Program-made: the position numbers and the translations under genes
Assembly: GCA_964016885.1 (NCBI GenBank)
Contig: OZ024741.1
Span: 324,818,001-324,882,000, forward strand
Source: Eledone cirrhosa
Lineage: Eukaryota
Length of the DNA: 64,000 nucleotides
Direction of reading: 5' to 3'
Notes under the pieces: model-generated
Database searches by the model: none
Seen by the model: the letters and a program-made list of their open reading frames with translations, nothing else
Told to the model about the DNA's origin: nothing
Shown: one piece after another, positions 24,911 to 37,815 of the stretch
Layout of the letters: every line of letters begins with the position of its first letter
Numbering within the stretch: position 1 is the stretch's first letter

Positions 24911-27367
24911 GCCCAAGAAGTCGTCGAACGACTGGCGAATCTGTGGCGACTGCCGTGCACTGAACAACTGCACCGTGCCTGACTCTTATCCAGTGCCTCA
25001 TCTACAGGACTTCTCTAGTTCGCTGCACGGAGGTCGCATATTTTCGAAGATCGATCTTGTGCGAGCTTACAATCAGATACTTGTGGAGCCCGCTGATATT
25101 CCGAAGACCGCAGCCACAACACCCTTTGGAATGTTCGAATTCCTGCGTATGCCTTTCGGTTTGCGTAATGCAGCGCAGACATTCCAACGGTTCATTGATA
25201 CAGTCACCAGAGGTCTACCTTTTGTATACGCAAACATCGACGACTTACTGGTGGCCAGCGGCTCCGATGAAGAACATGAGAGGCACCTGCACCTGCTATT
25301 CGAACGTTTGCGTGAATACGGAATTGTTATCAATCCCAGCAAATGTGAGTTCGCAGTTGTGTCCCTTCATTTTCTGGGACACATCATTGATGAAGATGGC
25401 ATTCGCCCACTTAAGGAGAAGGTCAAATCTATCATTGATTTTCCACAGCCCACATCTCTCCGCAAACTGCGAGAATTTCTTAGCCTGGTGAACTTCTACA
25501 GAAGATTTGTACCCCACTGTGAAGAGACAGCCCAACCACTCACAGATTTGCTGCGGCAGCGTTCAACCAAAAACGCGAACATCAATCTCAGCGAAAAAGA
25601 ATGTACCGCTTTCGCTGAGTTGAAGAAAATGTTGTCCGAGGCTACAATGCTGAGTTACTCCAAACCTGACGCCTCAATGTATTTATTGACTGATGCATCC
25701 GATTTCGGAGTTGGAGGTGTGCTTCAACAACTCTCTGGCGATATTTGGCGACCTGTATCTTTTTTCTCTAAGCGATTAAAACTCGCCGAAACTAAGTACA
25801 TCACATTCAGTCGTGAATTATTGGCAGCATACCTTGCTGTCAAGCATTTTCGACACATGCTAGAAGGTCGTATGTTCTCCATATACACCGACCACAAACC
25901 ACTAGTGTACGCGTTCAACGCCAAGCCTGATCGCCACTCACCCAGGGAGGTCCGACATCTGGACTTCATTTCACAGTACACTACTGACATTCGGTACATT
26001 AAGGGTGCCACCAACTCAGCAGCTGATGCCCTGTCGCGCATGGAACTTAACGCAATCCACACCACTGCCACTATCGATCTCCAGAAGATTGCAGCGGATC
26101 AATAGGATGACGAGTAACTGCTACAGCTCCGGAAATCATCCTTGAAATTGCACGAATGCCCGCTTCCCTCTTCTTCAGGTTATATTTGGTGCGACATCTC
26201 CACAGGCCACGAGCGCCCATACGTGCCCCGGAAACATCGACGCGACGTTTTTTCGGCACTGCATTCTCTGGCATATCCTGACGTCCGTGCCACGCAGAAA
26301 CTGATGGTTGCTCACTTTGTGTGGCCCACCATCAACAAGGACACCCGCGAATGGGCTAGGAACTGTATCGCGTGCCAGAAGGCGAAAATTCACCGGCACA
26401 TCAAAGCCCCAATCGGTTCTTTCGCAAAACATGATGCACGATTCCAACATGTGCACATAGACATCGTTGGACCTTTGCCTCCTTCTCACAACTACACTCA
26501 TCTTCTCACCTGTGTCGACCGATTTTCTCGCTGGCCAGAAGCTTTTCCCCTGACGGATATTACTGCGGAAACTGTTGCCAAAACGCTAGTGTTTCACTGG
26601 GTTTCGCGTTTCGGCAGCACACCCGCGACTATCACTACGGATAGAGGACGTCAGTTCGATTCGCACCTCTTTACCGAGCTGACTCGTCTCCTCGGGTGTA
26701 AACACATCCGTACAACGGCGTATCACCCTGCAGCTAACGGTATGGTTGAACGTTTCCACCGTCAGCTAAAAGCAGCCATCAAGGCTTACGCAGACTCCAC
26801 TAACTGGTTCGAATACCTCCCACTCATTCTTCTTGGTATTCGTTCCCCTGTTAAGGAGCGAGTCGGACATTCTCCGGCTGAAATGGTTTATGGCACGGTA
26901 CTCGCTCTACCCGGAAAAATGATCGCTCCTGTTTCGCCACAAGAACTTCCAGACCCAATAAAATGTGTGAACCGTTTACGGTCATCGATGTCGCATCTGT
27001 CTCCTTCAGCCCCTAAACAACAGCACGTTACTTCACACACACCAAAAGGCATCAATACATGGACGCATGTTTTCGTTAGAAATGACGGTATTCCATCGCA
27101 ACTTCGTCCGCCGTATTCTGGGCCCTATAAGGTGATACAGAAACGCCCTAAGTCCTCGACTTGAACGGGAAACGAAATACCGTCTCCATTGACCGTTTAA
27201 AAAAAGCGTTCGTGGAACAGGATTTGCCACCAGTACCCACCGTTTCTCCAGCAGATTCACCAACAACTTTGCCCGACACAAACACGACAAATTCTGCACA
27301 ACCCGACACACCAAATCTGGAAGAACAGTTTGATGGCCTACGTGATTTGTACAAGTTTATCAGGTAA
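24911..27367 (+). pseudogene. pol: Gypsy pol 3' part: RT, RNase H, integrase (stop/frameshifts)
   Basis: [12 protein letters not shown]; MPFGLRNA; YANIDD (YxDD altered); TDAS; RELLA; TDHKPL; HIDIVGP; TDRGRQF; NGMVERFH; PPYSGPY. Confidence 0.92.
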
Positions 27368-27776
27368 GTACAAATTATGCACCTGGTCGACATTTCGGCT
27401 AATTTGTACATTTCAACGAATCGGCCAATTTCTGTGGTCATGAACTATTGCTACAAACAAATCAATTGACTCTGTGCATCATACACATCAAAAGAACAGA
27501 CAAAAGAACATTTTTCCATTTCTATGAAACGAATAAACTATTAATGAATGAACTTTTAATCAACAAACTTTTCGTATGAACATTTTCAATGTTATGTAAC
27601 ATCACAGTGCATTTTCCTGCATGTAAATTTGTTTTGCTTTGCATGTTTTCTTTCATTTCGCCTGTTTGTAAATTACTTTAATGTATTTTTTTTCTGATTT
27701 TCTTCAACAACACACCTAGTCATACCTATCTTAAATTCACATTCACCTAGATCGTTCGATCTTTAGCTTTCTCACT

Positions 27777-27789
27777 GGAAGGGGGGTAC
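27777..27789 (+). promoter_or_regulatory. Polypurine tract
   Basis: GGAAGGGGGGTAC directly before the 3' LTR. Confidence 0.8.
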
Positions 27790-28540
27790 TATAACGGCGG
27801 CGAAGATTCGAAACCGAATCTGAGCTTTCCCGCCTCTGGGACAAGCCGTGGTTAGTTGTTTACGTCCGGCAGACCAACCCCTTGGGAGATGCTAACCACA
27901 GGTCAGATGTTGTTTACACCTGGCAGAAAAGAGGTCAGATGATATATCCATCCTTCTAAATTCAACCGTTATAAATACAAGGGTTGTTTACACCCGGCAG
28001 ACCAACCCCTTGGGAGATGCTAACCACAGGTCAGATGATATATCTATCCTTCTAACTTCAACCCTTATAAATACAAGGGTTGTTTACGCTCAGCAGAAAA
28101 AGTGAGACCACAGACAAGACAGGACGTATTTCACCAACGCTGTCAATACTCCCTTCAGGAAAAACAGTCTGTCCACTAATTTCTCACACGCCATTCCCGC
28201 CTGGCTGATTGAATACAACCAACTGCTAAAACAAGAACGTTACTAATACGCCCACACACACATAGTAAGTTCACACTGTTTGCATTTCACACGCACCATT
28301 TCTGTCTGTCACATTGTATCTTTCAGATACAATACAAATTATATGATATCGTATTCTGTGATACTTGTATTTACGTGGCTTGCAGAGCCACCAACTCATT
28401 GTACGAATATGTTATAGATTTTTATCATTCAATATTCAAATTGAATATTGTTATAATAAAATAAACATTGTAACAACACAATCCTGGTATTATTCTTTGC
28501 ATTGAAATCATCATACCAACAATTCCATCTATTCGATACA
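27790..28540 (+). repeat. 3' LTR (~750 bp) with internal tandem duplications
   Basis: Starts TATAAC (decayed TGTAAC) after the PPT and ends ACA; duplicated GTTGTTTAC..GGCAGACCAACCCCTTGGGAGATGCTAACCACAGGTCAGATG; TATAAA and AATAAA present. Confidence 0.85.
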
Positions 28541-28549
28541 TATATATTA

Positions 28550-29140
28550 TTAAACTTGGGGAGGGTCATATTGTTCTAATAATATTGCTAGAAATAATAA
28601 CAGAACACACTCACTGGTTGGTTTTCACTTCTGCATCTTTTATATCTCCATAGTTAATTTATTTGGCAATCAAGGTTTATCATTGACTGACCATCGGTTA
28701 AAAATACAGGTATAAATATATATATAGTCTAACAAAGTTCTTTCGTTGCACATCTGCAACATCATCAGTGGTACTATTATCATGTTCCCTCCTATTGTGT
28801 TGTATTGTAATGTTCACGCCATTTTTCTTTCTTTCTTACAATCACACACAATAAAAATGGCATGAACATTACAATACAACACAATAGGAGGGAACATGAT
28901 AATAGTACCACTGATGATGTTGCAGATGTGCAACGAAAGAACGTTGTTAGACTATATATATTTATATCTGTATTTTTAACCGTTGGTCAGTCAATGATAA
29001 ACATTGATTGCCAAATAAATTAACTATGGAGATATAAAAGATGCAGAAGGGAAAACCGACCAAACAGTGAGTGTGTTCTGTTATTATTTCTGACAATATT
29101 ACAATATTATTACAACAATATGACCCTCCCCAAGTATAGC
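28550..29140. repeat. Fold-back inverted repeat (arms ~28550-28823 and 28853-29140) of a hammerhead-bearing Penelope-like unit
   Basis: Arms are near-perfect reverse complements; each carries CTGATGA-T-GTTGCA-GATG-TGCAAC-GAAA. Confidence 0.9.
28907..28948 (+). ncRNA. Minimal type I hammerhead-like motif (mirror copy on minus strand at 28731-28772)
   Basis: CUGAUGA core, 6-bp stem II, GAAA; stems I and III weak or decayed. Confidence 0.55.
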
Positions 29141-29202
29141 AATATTTGTTTCGACACACGATTTCATATCAAAAACCTTTCAAAACATATATATATATAT
29201 AT

Positions 29203-29990
29203 AAATGGAAAAGAATGAAACGAAATTTCATTTCTCACTCTTAGTACGGCTGAACGTATATACTTTCAAACGTTCAATCATCTGACAGAAAGGTATACGA
29301 TGCTGACGATAGCTAATAAGCTTGAAACTAGTACATCGTTCCTGTATCAGTGTTGAACAAAAGGGCGACGATGGTTGCCGAGCACTCTATGGCGTAATTC
29401 AGGCTGTTTGTTTACAAACAAACCGAACATTATAATAAATATTCAGTGAACCCATACGTACATATATATATGTGTGTGCATGTATGTATATATATACATA
29501 CTACTGTACGTCTGTATACATATATGTATGTACGTATACATACTTATATTTAGGTATCAGCCGTACTAAGAGTGAGAAATGAAATTTCGTTTCATTCTTC
29601 TCCATTTATCGTTTTCGGTAAGCCCGCCCGACTAACTCACTCGATATGCAAATTAGGCTACTCAGCCGTTAATATGCATAAGGAAAGTATATACTTTCAG
29701 AAGTTCAATCATCTGACAGAAAGGTATACGATGCTAACGATAGCTAATAAGCTTGAAACTAGTACATCGTTCCTGTGTCAGTGTTGAACAAAAAGGCAAC
29801 GATGGTTGCCGAGCACTGTACGGCGTAATTCGGGCTTTTTGTTTACAAACAAACCGAACATTATAATAAATGTTCGGTAAACCCATACGTACATATATAT
29901 ATATATATGTGTGCATGTATGTATATATATACATACTACTGTACGTCTGTATACATATATGTATGTACGTATACATACTTATATTTATAT
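29203..29990. repeat. Composite duplication: ~290 bp direct repeat plus ~50 bp inverted repeat
   Basis: 29257-29550 matches 29687-29985; 29203-29253 is the reverse complement of 29557-29608. Confidence 0.85.
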
Positions 29991-30929
29991 ATATATATCA
30001 AATGCAAATATTATCTTATACAAAAAGAAGGAAACTATTAGCTAAGGTAACTACATAATTACCTAAACACAAATCCTTCGACTATTTGTTATTCATGAAT
30101 ATTTGAGGATTTCATATTAAAAGAGAACGTATTTAATAAGTGAAGAGAGTGTAGCAAACTATTTACAGACATTTGATGAAAGTTGCCTTTGTTGCCTTTT
30201 TCTAATTTTTATTTCTAGCTAATGCTGCGTTTATTATAACGCATGCGTAAGTGTGTGTATGGGTTGGGTTGAAATGACCAGTCAGTCGGGAGTATTTGAC
30301 CAGGCATAATTTCTATGGCTGGGTGCCTTTCTGCTTCTGACAGGACTCATTTGATGGCGTGTTTGACGACTCTTCCCCAAGACCTTCTCGGGATTAAGTG
30401 GGTGACACACGACCCTCCCAGGAATAAGTGAGAGATGAAGGAAGAAGCAACAGCAGTGGTTGGGAGAAGGAGAGATATGTTGAAAAAGAAGAGAAAAATA
30501 AGTAGAAGACAAAATTTACTAAAGTAGTGGAGCAAAGTCAAAAGATTGTTAAGAAAAGATGATTTATTGTCAAGACCAAATTGGCCTCACACTTCTCAAT
30601 ATATCCTAGTGTACTACTGATAGAAATAGGGTCTATCTTTAACCCTTATTAGTAATACGTTATTACTAATGAAAGACCCTTCTTCTTCTTCTTCTTCTTT
30701 TCTCCCATTTATTCCTGGGATGGTCAAGGAGTCACAGTCTTCAAACACGTTTAACAGCGGGTCGTGTCAGAAGCAAAAGGCCAAAATAATCAAGAATTTA
30801 GAAGGATTTAGTAATACAACTGGCGGAGTTGTTAAAGTATTTGATAAAATGCCTCAAAGTATTTAATTTCAACTCTTTATGTTCTGAGTTCAAATCCTGC
30901 CGAGGTCATTTTTGTTTTTCATCCTGCAC

Positions 30930-31078
30930 TTCTCTGGCAGTCCAAGGACTGAAGACACCAGAGGTCTGAATGGCAACAGACAGTCTGTTGAACTTTAGTA
31001 TCTAGTTATCTTCAGCTCCTCTCTGGCAGTCCAGTGACTGAAGACACCAGAGGTCTCAATTACAACAGACAGTCTGAG
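30930..31078. repeat. ~90 bp tandem duplication
   Basis: CTCTGGCAGTCCA..GACTGAAGACACCAGAGGTCT..CAACAGACAGTCTG occurs twice. Confidence 0.8.
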
Positions 31079-31269
31079 AGCAATTGTTTCACCTTTTTTA
31101 AATAAAGCTGATGATCTGACTAAGGTGAAACAGTTGCTCTCGGAAATGGGGAGTTAGCTGTTGTAGAACTAATTCTACCAAACTCGTCCCAGTTTCGAAA
31201 GCACCTGCATACCGAAACATGGCTTTCTCAAGGATCTGTCATTTGTGTATCGATGAAATTTTTTTATAT

Positions 31270-32830
31270 AATTAACTGTCAAAATTCTATTAATTTAAAA
31301 ACAGAATTATTTAGTTTTTGCAGACATCGCCAAAAATCCACTTTCCGAAGTATTTTTAATCTATAATATTCATTACACTTGACTACATCTTATACACCTT
31401 TAAAATGATCCTATTATTTACTGAGGTTTTCTTGAAAAAATTTTAATTTTTTACATAATCTTCCTTCTTAAATTTAGTATTTTTACCAATTGATATTCTT
31501 TTCCTAATGATACTCTTCTTAATCTATTTTTTAGATTTATATATATTTTTTTAGATTGATTTTTTTAATTGATATTCTGAAAGATATCCTCTTTACGATA
31601 GTTCTTCTAAATGCATTCTTAGCTTATCTAATAATACATTTTTCCTCTCTTTAATCTTCAAACTTTTCACACATCTTTCGACGTAGATAATATGTAATAG
31701 AAATTCTCATCCTTGAAAAACATGTAATATAAAATACCTTATAATCTCACACAAAATAATATATAATTTTCTCTATATACTTTCTAAGAAAATCATTCAT
31801 CAAATTTAATGATTAGCAAATAATATTGGAGTTATCTTTTCCTTTACAATTGAGCAAACATAGACATAACTTGTATGATAAATTCGCTAAATTAATAATT
31901 GTTTCTACTTCAGGCACAAGGCCAGCAATTAACCAGTGCATTACTGGTACTTTATTTTATCGACCCCGTAAGGATGAAAGGCAAAGTCAACCTCGGCGGG
32001 ATTTGAACTCAGATCGTAAAGGGACGTAACTATGGTGGAAACCATGGCGTCCGACCCTCTACCGATACTGCCAAATGTTCTGAAAATATTTTCAATGTTG
32101 GATGAAAATATTTGAATCTACAAATTGTTCTTCTCTTATAATTTGAACTACGTCTTTTTCTTAAATATTTATGTAAAATCAACATCCTTCGTAACTCACA
32201 TTAGAAATGTAAACAATTAATATGTGTGTTTTATTTCTATAAAATCACCAATAATACTTATACTTGCACACTTATTACTCTATATACATATTTATATACT
32301 TACAACCTGTTGCAATATAATAAGATAAAATGTACTTACAACCATAATTCTTCATTTAATCTAATTGATTATATATATAATATTATAACTCATAATATAG
32401 CTAAATATTTTTTTTAATTCTGGAATCATATTCCACCATTCCTACAAACTGTTAATTCTTTTTAAATTCACGTAAATACAAGCTTTTCTTTCTTTCTCTT
32501 TCTTCTTCTTACACATACATATATATATATCCTAATAATTATTTAAATCTACCTAGCGTCTAAAAATAACGTTTTGTTTCAGCCCTATACCTCAACCTCA
32601 TTTGCATATTCATCTTAATAATTTGAAATATTTGACTTTTCCTCTCTTTCCCCTATTTCCTTTTATTATCCAGGAAAAACTTGAAACGTTAATATCTCCT
32701 TCCTGGATATGTCAATATTTATAAAACAAACTTTGTATTTTATCTGATGGCAGCATACCAAAGTTTTGGTACCCTTGAAATATATATAATAGAATAAATA
32801 TAGTTTTATAAATATAGTTTCCATTTATTA
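31270..32830 (-). pseudogene. Highly decayed Penelope-like reverse transcriptase relic, interrupted by a SINE at 31897-32073
   Basis: Strand-biased A-rich minus strand with motif remnants (NFGMLP ~ FYGLP; VTKDV ~ LxTxDV; RGY); next to hammerhead motifs. Motif matches are weak. Confidence 0.45.
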
Positions 32831-33181
32831 ATATCATTGATATATATATATATAGGGTGCGGATGCATTCATGTATATATGTGTGTGTCCGCATGTATCT
32901 GTGTGTTTCTAAATGTATTAATAACTCCCTCTGGTCGAGCAATCTTTGAAGTGTGGGGACAACTGGAAAGCTTCCATTACTCATACTTCTCGCCTTCTTC
33001 ACTACCTCTTCTACGGCCTCGATATGAATACCCCCTCCGCCTCCGTGGTATTTTTTTCGTGGTTATAAGAGGCTTAGCTCTGTTTCTCGACCGTTGTATC
33101 GCGTGACTATCTCCCCCTCCGCCTTTTGGGATTCTTTCTCACGTCGTGTAGACGCGTTCTTGAGACTAGTAAAATGAGGTA

Positions 33182-33269
33182 TCCTCTTGATAAGTCGGCA
33201 GACCTCGCAAGGACTCTATATCTTTGATATATTGTTTTTGTTTATGCCACGAAACTACGTAGTCGAGGA
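33182..33269 (+). ncRNA. Type I hammerhead ribozyme, U3:A8 variant
   Basis: Stem I UCCUC/GAGGA; core UUGAUAA; stem II GU(C)GGCA/UGCCAC; GAAAC; palindromic stem III ACUACGUAGU; GUC triplet, predicted cut after 33264. Confidence 0.75.
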
Positions 33270-33338
33270 ATTTAGGAACAGTTTAGGTATGATACATTTT
33301 ATTACTAATTATATCTAAATGTTTCTTCTCTCTTCATA

Positions 33339-33391
<53 letters not shown>

Positions 33392-33979
33392 CATGTGTGT
33401 ATGTGTGTGTGTTTCTCATTCTCTCTCTCTCTCTATATATATATATATTTAATTGCCAACTTGTTGTAGTGCACCTGAGCATTGTACACAATAATTTCAT
33501 TATTATTATCTGTATGGCAACTGGCACATAATGTGCTCCTCTACATTATGGATGATGAGGCCCAGGTTTGTAATCAAAGTGATGAGTTAAAATCACTACC
33601 ACATATAGCTATGTCGAAGTATGTTTTATTTTGTGTCATAGCTATTCGCAAAGAACAAATTGTCTGAAAATGATCCCTGAAAACCAAATTGTCTCAGAAA
33701 AGCCAAAGTTAGTCTGGTGGGTCAGAGGTCACCTGTGAATAACAACACCAAATAATTTATCAGAATATACAAAAATTGAACTAAGAAGATGGTAAGACAG
33801 AAAGAAATAAAGAAAACAAAACAAATTTAAAAGTTTATAAAAATCTTTATTATTATTATTACTATATATATATATATATATATGCATGTATGGTGATTAT
33901 ATTATTTATATATACGTATATTAAAAATTTCATTCGTTTATTTATGGTTTGAGTTTAGTCATTTCCATTACATATATAT

Positions 33980-34500
33980 TGAGTGCTACTGGTAACATGT
34001 AACCCAGTACAACCTGTCGCATAGTCGGGTCATTGGCAACTAAACCAGCAACCCCACCAAGTTTACTTGGTGAGGAGGGTGATTTTGGACACCCTGCAGG
34101 ACAAAAACAAAACCTGACAAGGGGCAGAAGAACTCATAAGAGTCAACGGCCATCCAAAATTGTGTAAATATATATATACACATGTACCGCACGGTTAAAC
34201 CACTGGGAGTGAAGGACCCCTAGCCTTTGTCAGGGCATTCTTCTAGGAGAAGGCAACTCAGGAAACTGGGATAACTCCGATATAAAACCTGCGGCTCAGT
34301 AGTTACCAATGATGTTGATCTTTTCTTCTTTTCGGGTTATAGCTACTGTCGCTCAGAGAGTGGGATTGGCTCAGTGCACAGTATTTCCTCGCTTTAAAAA
34401 ATATCTTCACGCATAGGCATTGCACGATAGAGTTAATTAATAATTATTAATAATGGTATATGGTGCAATGGCCATACTCGATAACGAGGGGGCAGCCATC
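33980..34500 (+). mobile_element. Dispersed SINE/RTE-associated repeat (other copies 35776-35940 +, 41300-41900 -, 49735-49830 +)
   Basis: Shared GGTGAGGAGGGTGATTTTGGACA..CTGCAGGA..GAGTCAACGGCCATCCAAAA. Confidence 0.7.
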
Positions 34501-35983
34501 ATATATATATAAATATATATATATATATATTCACTCTGTGCATTCCAAACTGTTCATGCTTGACAATGTATTTATTTGAATAATTTGTATTTGTGTTACC
34601 CATGTGGCAAATAAAGAAATCAACATCATCATCATCATCATTATCATTATCATCACTATTATTGATATTATTATTATTAATAGTAGAAGTTGTAGTCCAG
34701 TACTCACACTGAACTGGCCTTGTACCAAATATAGAAACAATTATTATTATTATTACCATCATCATCATTGAGAACATATGTACATAGTTTTATATAAAAT
34801 GCAAACACATTTCCCTTTGTGGCTATATACAAACACATGTATGGTATCTAGATAGGAGGTATTTAGACAGCGTGGGGTTTTCAATGCATCAAAGCTTTAA
34901 AGAGGTGACTGGTATATTATGACTTTATAAACTCATAGACGAGTAGATTGGACAGACAAATATATAAACACACACAAACACATACAAACACAAACAACTA
35001 CACCTTTTGTTTGTTTTTTTCCGACTGCGATATCAGAATTAAGGGGAAGTAACTCACACCTCTTGAAGATGAGTTATTTAGGTTGATGGAAGCAGGAGTT
35101 TTTATTTTTAAAAAGTACGTTTTTTTTCAAAATTCTTCACATATTTCTTCTATAACATTGTGAGTTTAACAGGGTCTGAAGACCAAGACCAATGGTAACC
35201 CACAAGATAAATTAGATCGCATTTCTTTCGCCTGTAATTGTAGTTACACACTGACATAACACACACATATAGATATGGAGATATGGTCAATATTGGGTCT
35301 TGAAACTTTAGGCTCCACTTTTGTTCCATGTATGAACATAAATAAATAATATATATATGTATGTGTGTATGTGTGTGTGTCTTAAACATAGCTTTCTTGG
35401 TTTGGTGAAAAATCATATTACTTATTTTAGCTTTAAAACCAATAAGCTATATATTCTCTCTCAAATCATGTAACTCCTAGGAGAGTCGTAGGTGCTCTGT
35501 ATACACCACTTCTGAGGGCATTTTAAAAACTGGTGGAGCCCATCTCCTCTCCAGGTTATGCTATATATTAGTAACTACAAAAGATTTGCAAGTCAAATCT
35601 ATCATTGAAAGACATGGAAGTGAACCCATTGTGATCTTCTAAATTAAAGTTAAAGTCTGTCTCAAGTACAGAGGGTCATACCTTCTAAGAGAATGCTTAA
35701 AAGCAATACCTCTGGTCAGAAGTACAAATTATCAATAACCAATAAAAAGAGATTTAATGTCAGATTGTTGTTTTTGAGTGCTACTGGTAACATGTAACTC
35801 AATACAACTTGCCACATGACCATCCTCACCAATCTTGCTTGGTAAGGAGGGTGATTTTTAGACATCACGCAGGATTTTTAAAAATCTGTCCAAGGACAGA
35901 GTAAATCAGGAGAGTCAACAGCTATCCAATAATGTGTAAAAAGAAAAACAGATAGACAGAGCTCATTTAAGCTATCTCCCAAT

Positions 35984-36130
35984 GCCCTTGACTCAATACC
36001 TCAAGCCATTTCACAATCACCTTGACTCAATATTTCAAGTCATCACACAATGACCTTGACTCAATACCTCAAGCCATCTCACAATGACCTTGACTCCATA
36101 CCTCAAGCCATTTTACGATGACCTTGGTTC
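35984..36130. repeat. 34-bp minisatellite, 4-5 units
   Basis: CCTTGACTCAATACCTCAAGCCAT.TCACAATGA. Confidence 0.85.
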
Positions 36131-37302
36131 AATTTCCCAAACTACGACGCTATCTCACAAAGCAAAATTTGATAAGACTAAGGCAGGTTGAGATGTAAAT
36201 ATTGAAAAACCTTTCATCTTTAAAGATTAGCTTAATAATTTGAAAAATTTATATTCTTAATAACAAACTCACTTGAGACATTTCCACAATTAGCCTTTAG
36301 TGGAAATGATTTAGCAAAAAGTGTTTTTGTTAATTCAAATGTTTATAGTATCTTTACTAGTGGACAAATCATTAAAAAAATTGGCAGTATTAAAGTAAAG
36401 ACATTCATTTTAAACATAATGCAGTTATAGTGCTGTTTTCTATGAATGTCTTGATAATGTAGTTTCATGCAGTAAAAAATGTGAAGAGTTAATATCCAGT
36501 TTTTGATGGGGAAAATTATAATAATATTAATAATTGTTTCTACTTTAGGCACAATACCAGCAATCTGTAGTTGGAAAGTTGATTAAATCGATCCTAGTGC
36601 ATTACTAGTACTTTATTTGATCAAAATATTAAGGATGAAAGACAAAGCTAACCTCGGCAGAACACAGAATGTAATGGGCCATAACTATATGCCGCATAGT
36701 AGCATGTTGTCTGGCCCTCTACTGATACTGCCAATCCACCACACTCAATAAAATAATAATAATGATAATAATAATAATAATAATAATGTTAAAGTTATTG
36801 TATTACAGGCCTGGCATTGTTGTGAGTTCATATCTGCTACAAGAGCTTTTGCTTGAACGTTCTGGGGTAAAGATTCTCAACACTATATATAGTATTTTTA
36901 CTTAAACAGCACACAGATACAAGATGTACAGCCATCACTCACAATCGATGATGACTTGGTAACATGTAACATGCTTTTGATAATGGTTTTAGATATTCAT
37001 GTAGTTACAAGCAGGCATGAACACTCTTTTGACCATCTCATCCTTGACTTAGTGGAATATTTGGGATATGACAGGTAGAGAGGAAAGGACAGCAACAGCA
37101 CTGCAATGGTACTTTCTTTATCAACTCTCAAAAGATGAAAAGCAGAATAAACCTTGGCAGAGACCTAGAACAAATGTCAGAGCTGAATAGGCCAGCCTGT
37201 CATAAGAACTATAAAGTGAAGTTATCTGCTAAAGTCTAGTGTCCTCTCCATGGGAAAATTGATCTCAGAAACTACAGTCATATTCCTGTAACAAGGAATT
37301 AA

Positions 37303-37523
37303 CCCTTTAGCATTCACATTACTCTATATTTACTATTGTATTTTTGTGGTAAAGGTTTTATTTTACATAATTATCTCACATAATATCGAATCTACGAGAT
37401 TTTGATATTATTTATTTTGAGAACAATACCTTAACATCAGTATGAGTAGCCAGTTATGGCTGGTTTGAACAGAAAGAGGTGAGAGAATTCTGGCTGGATA
37501 CGGCCAGTTTAAATGCTAAAGGG
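37303..37523. mobile_element. piggyBac-type MITE
   Basis: TTAA|CCCTTTAGCATT ... AATGCTAAAGGG|TTAA; second copy inverted at 55674-55894. Confidence 0.88.
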
Positions 37524-37651
37524 TTAAATGTCTGTGATGATCACAGATAAATTAATGATTTTAACTGTGGTGAATTATTATATCTCCCAATCACCTGGGT
37601 GTTGTCACAATTAATAAATCACATAATATTAATATTTTCCAATGCTTTAGA

Positions 37652-37815
37652 ACAGTCATGGGCAAACTGTGGCTTGTGAGCTGCATACAGCCCTTTTGGC
37701 TTTCTAAATGGCACACATAATTTCAAAATTACCTTCAATTGTTTAGTAGTGCAGCCCACCTTATGATGAACCACATCCTATGTGGCCGACTGCTTGAAAA
37801 ATATTGCCCATGTTT
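37652..37815. mobile_element. hAT/Charlie-type MITE
   Basis: CAGTCATGGGCAA ... TTGCCCATGTTTG TIRs; flanks read CTTTAGAA on both sides (8-bp TSD). Confidence 0.8.

Larger units (their letters stand above)
18253..28540 (+). mobile_element. Gypsy LTR retrotransposon, CsRn1/kabuki-like lineage, degenerate and interrupted by a hAT element
   Basis: gag with CHCC motif, pro-RT-RH-IN order, tRNA-Trp-type PBS, PPT, 3' LTR and matching 5' LTR remnant. Confidence 0.92.

Noticed and set aside
33980-34060. HDV-like ribozyme at the 5' end of the dispersed RTE-associated repeat
   Set aside because: A CCAGU/ACUGG pairing and CUAA are present in some copies, but I could not build P1 and P1.1
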